A DNA stretch of 64,000 nucleotides from Acidobacteriota bacterium. Lineage in GTDB: Bacteria; Acidobacteriota; UBA6911; RPQK01; JAJDTT01. The stretch spans positions 4,224,001 to 4,288,000 of the forward strand of contig CBDCJH010000002.1 of assembly GCA_965217775.1 (NCBI GenBank), written 5' to 3'. Position numbers and translations under genes: made by a program. Under the pieces are notes generated by a model, which made no database searches, was not told where the DNA came from, and saw only the letters and a list, made by a program, of their open reading frames with translations. How positions within the stretch are numbered: position 1 is the first letter of the stretch; the number at the start of each line of letters is the position of its first letter. Below, piece by piece: positions 55,294 to 64,000 of the stretch.

Positions 55294-56826
55294 TTACGGG
55301 AAACGAAGAGAGTAGAGATCGGCGTCCCTCATGGAGATCTTGAGGCGAACGGTGCGGCCCGCGAGCCCCTCGACGCTGGAACCCGCCCTCCATGTCACTT
55401 CCCGTTCGATTTCGTCCCCGTAGATCTCCGGGCAATCTTCAAGGGTATAGCCTGGGACCGGCACGCCTGCCGCATCCTGAATCTCCACCCGGATGCTTCC
55501 GGCGGCGGAGGTCGAGTAGTTGAGGATCAGTCTCGACCCGGAGAACTGCAGGGGGCGGGTCCGGACCACGCCTCCCTCGTAGGGGGCGCGGAGGGAGACG
55601 AAGCCATCCTCGCGCAACACCGCCCGGCGAATCCGGACTTGGTCCGTCTTGGCCTGCTCGGCGTAGTACAGGGACATCTCGCCGGGAGCGGTGGGCACCA
55701 GAGCCGGCCCTGCCTGGATGGCCCGTTCGTGCCAGTTCAAAGGGTTCGATCCGGGACGGAGGAACGCCTCCATGAACCGCCGGTCGAAGTTCAGCCCGTC
55801 CCGGCTGAACATGAAGACCACGTCCGACTGACCGGGTAACGGCCAGTCGGCGTGAAATTTCCGGGTGGGGAGAAACCGTTTCGGGAACATGAGGATCAGG
55901 TCCGGACGCCGATAGTAGGGCAGGGCCGAATTCTTGTAGAGGTGCTCCAGGGGCGTCCCGCCGAGACCGATGTATTCGGGCTCGGACCAGTTCCGGAAGT
56001 CCTTGGAGGTGAAGCGGCGGATGTCCCGGATCCGGCTGACCTTCTCGACCACTCCCGAGGGCCGGCTCACCAGGACATGGTGGGGTCCCTTCCCAACCGT
56101 CTTTCCGTCCAGGGGCCTGCTTCCGCGACGGTACCAACCCCGGGCGTAGATGGCGTAGTGCGCCCGCACTGAATCCCACAGGATGATGTTGTGGGAGTCG
56201 AAGGCTCCGTCTCCCAGGGGCGGAACGACGATGGGTTCCGTCTGGACCATGCGCCAGCGCAGGCCGTCGGGGGAGACCAGACCGTACAGCAGGGCGATGT
56301 CCCGACCCGAAGGCAGGGTGGTTCCCTGGTTGGTGATGGCCTTGTAGCGCTCCCGGGGATCTGCTTCGGGGTTCTCGTCCTTGACCACGGAGACGGACCG
56401 GCCCTTGCCGCCAGGCACGGGCCACACCAGGTTGTTCTCCTTCGAACCTTCGTGCCGGATGAGGCCAAGTTTGGGCTTCACCCAATGGATCCCGTCCAGA
56501 CTCTCGGCGTAGGCAGTGTAGATGGGTTTCTCCACGGCCCGGGCCCGATACCACATCCGGTACCGGTACCCGTCCTTGATGACCACCGGGTTGTAGATGG
56601 CGTGGTCCTCCCAGGGACGGTCCCGCCGCAGAACGATCTCCCGCGGTTCCGGACGGTGCAGGACGTGGCGGACGTTGTCCAGGCTTTCGATCAGCCACTC
56701 GTCCCAGAGCGGCTGGAGTTGGCTTCCCACCTCACGCACCTCGGAGGGAGCCGGAAAGCCCGTCGAAAACAGCCCGCAGAAGAGCAGACCGGCCGCCACC
56801 CAGCCTTTGCCCGGACGCGGGGTCAT
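55294..56826 (-). CDS. Exported beta-propeller glycosidase-like protein, paralog 7
   Basis: ATGA overlap with the upstream gene; VGSQLQPLWD, PWED, YAESLDGIHW, FDSHN, EHLYKN, LREDGFVS, DADLYSLRF. Confidence 0.87.
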   Translation of the reverse strand: MTPRPGKGWVAAGLLFCGLFSTGFPAPSEVREVGSQLQPLWDEWLIESLDNVRHVLHRPEPREIVLRRDRPWEDHAIYNPVVIKDGYRYRMWYRARAVEKPIYTAYAESLDGIHWVKPKLGLIRHEGSKENNLVWPVPGGKGRSVSVVKDENPEADPRERYKAITNQGTTLPSGRDIALLYGLVSPDGLRWRMVQTEPIVVPPLGDGAFDSHNIILWDSVRAHYAIYARGWYRRGSRPLDGKTVGKGPHHVLVSRPSGVVEKVSRIRDIRRFTSKDFRNWSEPEYIGLGGTPLEHLYKNSALPYYRRPDLILMFPKRFLPTRKFHADWPLPGQSDVVFMFSRDGLNFDRRFMEAFLRPGSNPLNWHERAIQAGPALVPTAPGEMSLYYAEQAKTDQVRIRRAVLREDGFVSLRAPYEGGVVRTRPLQFSGSRLILNYSTSAAGSIRVEIQDAAGVPVPGYTLEDCPEIYGDEIEREVTWRAGSSVEGLAGRTVRLKISMRDADLYSLRFP

Positions 56827-58547
56827 GTCCGGAAGTCCTCGGGTGAGAAGTAGACTCCGTAGAGATGGGACTTGGTTCGAGGATCGCCCCGGTTGCTGTA
56901 ATCCACCATGAACACGCGTCCGTCCTCCAGCTCCACCCAGGAGGAGTAGCCGTTGTCGGGCCGGTGGGTGGCGGACGGTGTGTTGGCGTGGAGCTCCAGC
57001 ATGTGGTCCAACTGGTACTGGTCGGGATACTCGCCGCTTTCGGCTCGCCACTCCCATTGGTGATGCGGCTCGGTCTCGTTGCTGACCTGGTAGGCGGCGC
57101 GGCTCCACCAGCTCCTGCCTTTGCCGCTCTCCGCCCGCCCGAACCAAGTCTCCAGCAGCGGAAAGTCGTTGTACAGAGCCCGGCTCATGACCACCTTGCC
57201 GTCGACCTGGACGGTGAACAGTCCCTTCCAGGCGTTGAGCCGGACGTTTCTCGGCTTCGTCATGTCCAGCTTGTGGATCAGGTCGATGCGCCCGCCGCTG
57301 GCCCGGTTCGGACCCAGGTCCCGTTTGGGTGCGTAGAGCCAGAGGCCGTTGCTGCAGACGTCCAATCGCCGTTCCAGACGGCCGATCTCCAGTGAGGCGA
57401 TGGGCTGGTCGGGAGGACCCTCGACCCGAATCCCGGCCTCGAGGAAGAGGTCGCTACGGAAATTCTCGGGAGGAAGGAGAATGTATTGGGTGACGGCGCC
57501 GGGGACGTCCTCGATGCACAGCTCCCCCGATTCGAGCTTCACCCGGTCGTGGTAGTGAACCCCTCCCAGCTTGAAACCGGGGTTGCGCCGCAGGTCTCCG
57601 ATCCAGGCGTGGGTGCCCCGGTTGCCCGACCGGTTCCGGTAGGTGACCAGGACCCGCCCATCGGGAAGTTCCTTGGCGTAGGGACGGTCTCCCGCGAAGG
57701 GCATGGGTTCGGGGCGGCTCCAGTTCCGGCCCCCGTCGTTGGAGAAGCAGAGGTAGGAGGGGTATCCGTGATGGTTGCTCTCCCTCAGCACGCAGGCGAG
57801 GGAGCCGTCCGAGAGGACCACGATGGCGGCTTCCGAATGATGGTGGACCGCGTCGGCCGCGACCATGCTCCGGTCCTTCCAGGTCATCCCGCCGTCGGTG
57901 GAGCGCATGACGAACACCCCGATCTTGCGCGTGGCCTTGAAGAAGATCTGGGAGGCCATCAGCAGGGTCCCGTCATTCAGCTCCACGATCCGGTCCGGCT
58001 CGAAGCCTGGGACGCCCGTCAGGCGGGGTACGCTCCAGCTCCGGCCCTCGTCCGAGCTGAACCAGCTCCAGATTCCGGGAGGCTGATCCTCGTGGATGTG
58101 GCTGAAGTCGTTCTGGTCGCAGATGACGACCAGCCGCCCGTCGCTGAGGCGGCTGATCCGGGGGGTCACCCAGCGTTCCTCCCCTTTTCGCGGGTCCGCC
58201 TCCGAGACCAGCCGCGGGTTTCCCCAGGTTTTCCCATTGTCATGGCTCTCCAGGGTCGTGAGCCGGGTCGTCTCCTGGGGCCAGTGGGCGTCGCAGTCGT
58301 TGTAGACCAGCATCAGCTTCCCGCCGGGAAAGCGGATCAGGTCGGGGTTCTTGGTGAAGCGCCCCTGGGGCCTCCAGACCAGGACCTGACGGTCGGCCAC
58401 GGCGTCCAGGGACCGCATACGGCTGCGCCGGCCGGCGGATGCGGCGGACAACATGGTGCTGGGAAACCCTGGGGAAACGGAGGCGAAGGCACCGGCTCCC
58501 AGGGACCGGTTCAGAAAACGGCGTCGATTCATGAACATGCTTTTCAT
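56823..58547 (-). CDS. Sialidase-like BNR/Asp-box protein, Tat-exported
   Basis: NRRRFL; ESHDNGKTW, FSSDEGRSW, RSTDGGMTW, FSNDGGRNW; C-terminal DNGYSSWVELEDG. Confidence 0.83.
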   Translation of the reverse strand: MKSMFMNRRRFLNRSLGAGAFASVSPGFPSTMLSAASAGRRSRMRSLDAVADRQVLVWRPQGRFTKNPDLIRFPGGKLMLVYNDCDAHWPQETTRLTTLESHDNGKTWGNPRLVSEADPRKGEERWVTPRISRLSDGRLVVICDQNDFSHIHEDQPPGIWSWFSSDEGRSWSVPRLTGVPGFEPDRIVELNDGTLLMASQIFFKATRKIGVFVMRSTDGGMTWKDRSMVAADAVHHHSEAAIVVLSDGSLACVLRESNHHGYPSYLCFSNDGGRNWSRPEPMPFAGDRPYAKELPDGRVLVTYRNRSGNRGTHAWIGDLRRNPGFKLGGVHYHDRVKLESGELCIEDVPGAVTQYILLPPENFRSDLFLEAGIRVEGPPDQPIASLEIGRLERRLDVCSNGLWLYAPKRDLGPNRASGGRIDLIHKLDMTKPRNVRLNAWKGLFTVQVDGKVVMSRALYNDFPLLETWFGRAESGKGRSWWSRAAYQVSNETEPHHQWEWRAESGEYPDQYQLDHMLELHANTPSATHRPDNGYSSWVELEDGRVFMVDYSNRGDPRTKSHLYGVYFSPEDFRT

Positions 58548-58575
58548 TTCGAACCTCCAACGGGGAATGAGGAAT

Positions 58576-58603
58576 GGGGGACAAGACCGTCCCCCCTCCC
58601 AGG
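58576..58603 (-). repeat. GGAG-type REP-like palindrome
   Basis: GGGGGAC-AAGACC-GTCCCCC-CTCCCAGG, same family as 55249 and 63731. Confidence 0.7.
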
Positions 58604-58609
58604 TCGTTG

Positions 58610-60235
58610 CTACTCGAACCAGAACGAATAGAGGTGCGCCTTACGCAATTGAAACTGGAGGCGGATACTCTTCCCCTTGAGCGGTTCCAGGCCCTTCATC
58701 TCACTCCAGACCATGACCTGGTCCGTGGAATCGCCGGTGAAGCTCCGGGACCGGTCGTAGTCCCATTCCGGCAGCCATTTGCCGTCCAGCTCACCGTCTC
58801 CGCGCCGCACGGCCACGCGGATGGAGCCTCCGGCGGAAGTCTTTCCGTTGATGTGCAAACGTCCGCCCGGGTGCTTGAGGGGCCGGGTCAGGAGAAATCC
58901 CTCCTCTGGCGCCTCGATGGAGACGAAGCCGTCCGTGCGCAGGGTGGCCAGGCAGATGTGCGAGTTGCCCGGCATGCGAACGTGGAGCTGCTCGCGCCCC
59001 ACGTAATAGAAATCGATTCGGTCCTCCCGCTCGATCAGGCCCACCGGCGGAAAGACCATGCCCCAGTCGTAGGTGCCGGCGGGTCCCGTCTCCAGGAAGA
59101 GAGGCCGGGCCGGATGGCGCTCCCAGTGGATGCCGTCCCGGCTCCAGGCCAACTGGATGTCGATCTGCATGTGCTTCGCCGGCTTGGACTCCAGGTCGAA
59201 CGGCTGCTTGTAATAGAAATTCTCCAGAAATCCCAGGTAGATCCCTTCGTAGCGGGCCACCGTCATTCCGTAGAACGAGAACGGGTCCAGTTCGTCGGGA
59301 CGGAGGATCACGGTGGGTTGGGTCCAGTTGATGAGATCGGAGCTTTCCGAATAGGCGATGCGGCGGATCCGGCTGGCGTTGATGGGCGGCCTCCGGTAGA
59401 GCATGAAGACCTTCCGCTCCGGGTTGTAGAGAATCTGGTTCTCGCAGTCGCTCTGGCCCCGGAAGATGGGGTTCTCCTCCTGGTCCCGGAAGTGGAGGCC
59501 GTCTTGGCTCAGGGCGATCCGCACCTCCATGCCTCCGCCGGGCATCTGCAGCGTCGCGGGGTTCCGGCCCAGTTCCCCGCTGTGGTAGGCCAGCAGGTAG
59601 CGGCCTTTGTGGCGCCAGTGTTCGGGCAACTCGGTCACCGCTATTGAGGCGCTCCGTCCCGGCTTGGCGAAAAAGACGTTGGGGGCCGAGAGGCCCTCGA
59701 TCTCATGGAGCTTCAGGTCGGGCGCCGTCCAGTTCAGACCGTCCCGCGACTCGAAGAAGAGCCCGAAGTGTTGGCCGGCGGTGCGATACATCCGATAGCC
59801 GTTGGCCCACATCCGGTAGAGTCCCCGCTCCCGGTCGTAGACGACGCTGGGGGTACTCACCACGTGGGTCTCCTCGTGGTCCGGAGAGGCGCCGCCGGTG
59901 ATGAGGGGATTCTCCGGGTGTCGCCGGGGCCGATGGACCACCCTCCTGCAGCCGGCCAGGTCCTCCACCACGTAGTCGTCCATGAGCAACTGACGGCGGT
60001 TGCCGATCTCAAGAGGCGGAACCGGCAACACCACCCACGACCCCTCGATGGAGGTCCCCTTCACGTACTTGGAAGCGGACAGCTTGCCGCCGGTGACGAT
60101 GTGTCCCGTCCCGTCGAAGCGGCCCGGCGGTTCCTTGATTCGCGTCTCGGCCTGACCCAGGGCCGATCCAACGCCGGCGCCGAGCCAGACCAGCGTCCCC
60201 AGCAGCAGGAGTGGATTTCGTCCAAGCGGGCGCAT
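58610..60235 (-). CDS. Exported beta-propeller glycosidase-like protein, paralog 8
   Basis: Signal peptide; IGNRRQLLMDD, HPENPLI, ESRDGLNW, SDCEN, SRDGIHW, LRTDGFVS, AHLYSFWF. Confidence 0.85.
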   Translation of the reverse strand: MRPLGRNPLLLLGTLVWLGAGVGSALGQAETRIKEPPGRFDGTGHIVTGGKLSASKYVKGTSIEGSWVVLPVPPLEIGNRRQLLMDDYVVEDLAGCRRVVHRPRRHPENPLITGGASPDHEETHVVSTPSVVYDRERGLYRMWANGYRMYRTAGQHFGLFFESRDGLNWTAPDLKLHEIEGLSAPNVFFAKPGRSASIAVTELPEHWRHKGRYLLAYHSGELGRNPATLQMPGGGMEVRIALSQDGLHFRDQEENPIFRGQSDCENQILYNPERKVFMLYRRPPINASRIRRIAYSESSDLINWTQPTVILRPDELDPFSFYGMTVARYEGIYLGFLENFYYKQPFDLESKPAKHMQIDIQLAWSRDGIHWERHPARPLFLETGPAGTYDWGMVFPPVGLIEREDRIDFYYVGREQLHVRMPGNSHICLATLRTDGFVSIEAPEEGFLLTRPLKHPGGRLHINGKTSAGGSIRVAVRRGDGELDGKWLPEWDYDRSRSFTGDSTDQVMVWSEMKGLEPLKGKSIRLQFQLRKAHLYSFWFE

Positions 60236-60245
60236 GATTCCCTCC

Positions 60246-61985
60246 TTACCGATCCGGATACTCCACGGTCAAGAAGATCTGGTGCACGATCACGGGACGC
60301 CTTTCCTCCGGTTCGTCTCTGTTTTTCGCACCCGAATCCCGCACCAGCCGGCCCTCGGCGAACTCGTCCACCAGGGTCCCCTCATTCCGTTTCCAACCCA
60401 GCCAGTCCTTCCTCCTGACGCCGGGTGGAGCCACGATTCCAGGGAACGGACCTCCCGCCGGCACGTCCGAAATGATGCCCAGCTCGTTGGCGCCGCTGCG
60501 CATGATCCCGGCGGGGACGTCCACGTGATACCAGGGCTCTTCCCGGGTCAGCGCGGGAAGCAGAGTGTGGTTCAACCTCACCCAGATTTGCGTGTCTTCC
60601 CGGCTCTCGGCGGTCCAGAGGCTGATGCGAAAGCGGGCGTTCTCATCGTCGGCGTCCGGGCCGATAAGAAGAGGCAGCTTGGTTTCCACCCGATCCAGGA
60701 CCACGGGCAGCAGGGCCGACTCGGATCCCTGGATGATGGGCCCGCCGGTGTGGGCTGTGGAGTGGATGGCGTAGATCTTGTTCTTGCCCGCCAGGGTCTC
60801 CGACTCCCCCAATTCGCTGAGCGCCGAGATGAACTCCTCGCGGCTCAGCTCCTGGGTCGGCTCGTTGGCGTAATTGAAGAGGTAAATGCCGTCCGCGCCC
60901 TGCTGATGGTAATAGGCGGCGCTGGCGCGCATTCCCTCTCGGAACACGGGCCGTCCATAGAGCCCTTCCCAGGCCCCCGCCCGATAGGAGTTGCCGTTGA
61001 GGGTGGCGTAGACGGGAACACCGTGGGCCCGGCCCAGGCTCACGAACTGGTCCAGGCGCAGCCGGCTGGGGAGATGGCCCATGCCAACGAGAAGCACGTC
61101 CAACAGCCCCTCACGGACCCACCGCTCGACCTCCATGCCCAGCTCCAGCGACCGTTCCAAGGAGTCCACGACATGGACGGCCAGGGTGTAGGGACGTCCC
61201 CGCCGCTCCCCCACGGCATTCAGCCGCTGCCGCGCCTCGCGCATCATTTCGGTCAACAAGTGGGCGTGGCGCCTCTCCTGCCCCAGGGGGAAGCTGATGC
61301 CCATGCGGTTGAAGTCCAGCTCGTAGCCATCGAAATCATGGGCGGCGGCGGTCCGCTCAATGAAGTTTAGCCGGTGTTGCCGGACCTCCGGATGGACGAA
61401 GTTGAGCCCGGACCACAGCATGTGTTCGGTCAGTTCGGAGGCCAGGTGCCGGCTGCTTTCGGGGGCCAGCAGGAACTCCGGATGCTCGATCTTGAAGGGA
61501 TCGTCCAGATCATGGAGGGAGACGGACCGCCAGGACGCGTGCAGATCGTTCATCCTCAGGGAGGCCCACACCTCCATTCCGCGGGCGTGGCAGGCTTCGA
61601 TGACCAGGTCCCGCACCTCCTCGTAGGAACTGAAACAGGGCCAGAGCATCTCCGTCGAGATGTTGTAGGGAGGGTCCGCGCCGTTGCCGATGTGGAAGAC
61701 GTAGGTGTCCACCTGGGTGCCGAAGGTCATGTTGGTGCGGACGTCGAGGAAGGACTGATGGTCGGTGATGTCGGCGATCAGCTTCATGTAGGGGATCTTC
61801 CGCCCCTGGTCAATGTAACCCCAGGTTTCCTGCGAGGCAGCGTCGTAGTAAAGGATTCGCCGCTTCCGGTCCTTGGGGAAAACGGGCTTCCGGATGCCGT
61901 CCTCGTCGCCTCCGCCCTCAGGGGCGCAGGCGGCGGCTAAAAACAGTGCACTCCACAAGAGCGGCAACCAGCGATGCAGTCTCAT
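60246..61985 (-). CDS. GH-like TIM-barrel lipoprotein
   Basis: Lipobox LAAAC; ACHARGMEVWASLRMND.H, LNFVHPEVR, DFDGYELDF.R, GADGIYLFN. Confidence 0.72.
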   Translation of the reverse strand: MRLHRWLPLLWSALFLAAACAPEGGGDEDGIRKPVFPKDRKRRILYYDAASQETWGYIDQGRKIPYMKLIADITDHQSFLDVRTNMTFGTQVDTYVFHIGNGADPPYNISTEMLWPCFSSYEEVRDLVIEACHARGMEVWASLRMNDLHASWRSVSLHDLDDPFKIEHPEFLLAPESSRHLASELTEHMLWSGLNFVHPEVRQHRLNFIERTAAAHDFDGYELDFNRMGISFPLGQERRHAHLLTEMMREARQRLNAVGERRGRPYTLAVHVVDSLERSLELGMEVERWVREGLLDVLLVGMGHLPSRLRLDQFVSLGRAHGVPVYATLNGNSYRAGAWEGLYGRPVFREGMRASAAYYHQQGADGIYLFNYANEPTQELSREEFISALSELGESETLAGKNKIYAIHSTAHTGGPIIQGSESALLPVVLDRVETKLPLLIGPDADDENARFRISLWTAESREDTQIWVRLNHTLLPALTREEPWYHVDVPAGIMRSGANELGIISDVPAGGPFPGIVAPPGVRRKDWLGWKRNEGTLVDEFAEGRLVRDSGAKNRDEPEERRPVIVHQIFLTVEYPDR

Positions 61986-62010
61986 TTTTCCCTCCCAGTC
62001 CGTGCCGGCA

Positions 62011-63582
62011 TTAAATCCGGAACCGAATGGAATATAGATCCGCGTCTTTCAGGGCGAAACGCAGCCGGACGGGTTTCCCCGACAGCGAACCCACATCGCT
62101 TCCAGCCCGCCAAGTGACAACCCGTTCGATTTCATCTCCGACGATCTCCACACAGTCGGCCAACCCAAAGCCTTCCGCGGGCCTTCCCTGAACGTCTTGA
62201 ACCTCCACCCTCAGACTTCCTGCCGCCGAAGTGGCGTAGTTCAGGACCAGTTCCTTTCCCTGGAAGACAAGGGGCCGAGTGAGAAACTCTCCGCCGGAAT
62301 AGGGACCGTTCACGGAAACGAACCCGTCAATGCGGAGAGCGCCCCTCCGCAGCCGGACCGACGGGTGCCGGTAGTGCTCGATGTAGTAGATGGAGATCTC
62401 CGCCGGTCCCGTGGGCACGACCCCGACTCCCTTGTACATGTTCCGGTCGGTCCAGTTGTCCGGGTCGGGGCCCGGCCGCAGGAACGCCTCCATGAATCGC
62501 CGGTCCCAGTGGATCCCGTCGCGGCTGGCCATGAACACGCTCTCGGAAATCCCGCTCGCGGTCCAGTCCTCACGGACCTTGCGCTTCGGGAAGAAGCGCT
62601 TGGGGAACATGAGATAGATATGGGGCGCCCGGTAGTAGAGGCTGCAGGCATTCATGTAGAGGTGCTCGACGGGCGAATCGCCCACCTCGATGAAATGTGG
62701 CTTGGACCAGGTTCTGAAGTCGGGCGAGACGCTGCGCCGGATGGAGCGGACCCCGGGCGGGTAGGTCTCAAAGACTCCGAACCGCGGGTCCATGCCCCGC
62801 ATGTAGGCCACGTACTGCCCAAGATTCGGGTCCCACAGGGCCGTGTTGTGGGAGTCGAAATGGGGCCAGTGGTCGTCGCCGGGAGCGGTGAGGATGGGGT
62901 CCTTGTCCAACACCGTCCAGTGAAGTCCGTCCGGCGAGACCAGGCCGCGGAGCGTCCCGGGCGGGTCGAACCCGGACGAGAGGCCGATGGCCTTGTAGCG
63001 CTCCGACTCCGGCGCCGCCGGGTTGCCGTCCTTGAAGACACACACGTGCTTGGCCGTACTTCCGTGGATCACGATGTTGTTGTCTCGGGACGGCTCGAAC
63101 CCGCGGATGCCCCGGGTTTCATGCATCCCCAAGACCGGCCTTTCCCAATGGATTCCGTCGCGGCTCTCGGCGTAACAGGTGCACGGTTCCGGCCGCCGAT
63201 CGGCCCGGATTCCGTCCCATACGCCGCCTCCCCGGTACCAGAGCCGGTAGCGATCTACGTCCTTTATATAGGCCGGAGCGTAACTCAAGGGGCCCTCCCA
63301 GGGGCGGTCGAACTCGAGGACCACCTCCCGGGGCACGGGGCGGTGCAGCTTCAGCTCCACCCCCTTCATGGTCTCGATCAGCCAGTCGTCCACGAACAGC
63401 TCGAGCCTGGACCCGATCTCACGCACTTGCGGGGATAACCCACGGGCGCCGGACGCCGGCAGCCGTGCCGGTTGGATGAATGCCACCGAACCGAAACCGA
63501 GGGTGGACGCCCTCAAGAATTCTCTGCGGGACGTGGTCCGACGCCGTCGCCGGTCGAGTGCCTCTTGCATCCGTGGAACCAT
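62011..63582 (-). CDS. Exported beta-propeller glycosidase-like protein, paralog 9, Tat signal
   Basis: SRREFL; IGSRLELFVDD, PWEG, YAESRDGIHW, FDSHN, EHLYMN, LRIDGFVS, DADLYSIRF. Confidence 0.87.
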   Translation of the reverse strand: MVPRMQEALDRRRRRTTSRREFLRASTLGFGSVAFIQPARLPASGARGLSPQVREIGSRLELFVDDWLIETMKGVELKLHRPVPREVVLEFDRPWEGPLSYAPAYIKDVDRYRLWYRGGGVWDGIRADRRPEPCTCYAESRDGIHWERPVLGMHETRGIRGFEPSRDNNIVIHGSTAKHVCVFKDGNPAAPESERYKAIGLSSGFDPPGTLRGLVSPDGLHWTVLDKDPILTAPGDDHWPHFDSHNTALWDPNLGQYVAYMRGMDPRFGVFETYPPGVRSIRRSVSPDFRTWSKPHFIEVGDSPVEHLYMNACSLYYRAPHIYLMFPKRFFPKRKVREDWTASGISESVFMASRDGIHWDRRFMEAFLRPGPDPDNWTDRNMYKGVGVVPTGPAEISIYYIEHYRHPSVRLRRGALRIDGFVSVNGPYSGGEFLTRPLVFQGKELVLNYATSAAGSLRVEVQDVQGRPAEGFGLADCVEIVGDEIERVVTWRAGSDVGSLSGKPVRLRFALKDADLYSIRFRI

Positions 63583-63730
63583 TGTCGACCCGGAAGAATT
63601 GGGCCGGGTTTGCCTACCCCGACTCGTTATCGTCGTAAGTATAGAAGGTGAAACGTCCGATCAGAACCAAGGATTTACGAAGACATCCGGAAATGGCGAA
63701 GAGTCGGCGCTTCAGGGGCGGGGTTGAAGA

Positions 63731-63790
63731 GGGAGACAAGGATGTCCCCCTCCCAGGGTCTGAAAAGGGGGACAAAATGCCCCCCTCCCA
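63731..63790 (-). repeat. Tandem pair of GGAG-type REP-like palindromes
   Basis: GGGAGACAAGGATGTCCCCCTCCCAGG (63731-63757) and GGGGGACAAAATGCCCCCCTCCCA (63767-63790), immediately after the TonB-receptor stop. Confidence 0.68.
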
Positions 63791-63791
63791 T

Positions 63792-64000
63792 TCAGAACGA
63801 GAAGCGGAAGCCCAACTGGATCTGGCGCGCCGTCGCAGCACTGCTCACCCGCCCCGCGCTCGAGCGGTCTATTCTGCCTTCGGGTGCGTTGAAGATGGCG
63901 GTGTTCAATGCGTTGAAGAATTCCACACGGAAGTCCAGGGACTTCAGTTCCCCGAGGGCGAACCCCTTGTGCAGAGAGAAATCCACTATGGGCACACCAT
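63792..64000 (-). CDS. C-terminus of an acidobacterial-type TonB-dependent receptor (partial)
   Basis: Open to the window edge; VDFSLHKGF, FRVEFFNALN, ARQIQLGFRFSF. Confidence 0.88.
   Translation of the reverse strand, partial: GVPIVDFSLHKGFALGELKSLDFRVEFFNALNTAIFNAPEGRIDRSSAGRVSSAATARQIQLGFRFSF

Overview
High-GC chromosomal window, most likely from an Acidobacteriota bacterium. This is inferred from the GWxTD protein, the CRTAC1/ASPIC-UnbV protein, the acidobacterial-type TonB-receptor C-terminus (...RQIQLGFRFSF) and the many Tat-signal enzymes; a marine or host-associated lifestyle is plausible but cannot be shown from this sequence. Most of the window is an exported carbohydrate-foraging repertoire. 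It holds nine paralogs of one uncharacterised ~500-aa beta-propeller glycosidase-like family (one fused to FG-GAP repeats), two Asp-box sialidase-like proteins, a sulfatase, two GH-like TIM barrels, two sodium:solute symporters, Tat-exported Gfo/Idh/MocA, enolase and isomerase enzymes, a PhyH dioxygenase, a DgaE/SelA-like PLP enzyme and a divergent transaldolase. A housekeeping block (queC, YyaL-like, rdgB, rph, GerMN, amidase, lpxC, ThiF/MoeB-like) sits in the middle. Five toxin-antitoxin-type loci are scattered through the first half, one with an internally deleted VapC. There are two MITE families and several REP-like palindromes. The best candidate for an undescribed system is a four-gene operon: TonB receptor, PQQ-like propeller, small Cys/His protein and DUF4198-like/Kelch fusion. 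It lies behind a sigma70 promoter overlapped by a Fur-box-like palindrome and a ~300-nt structured leader. No rRNA, tRNA, CRISPR array, integrase or transposase was recognised. All family assignments come from motif recognition by eye, not from database searches.
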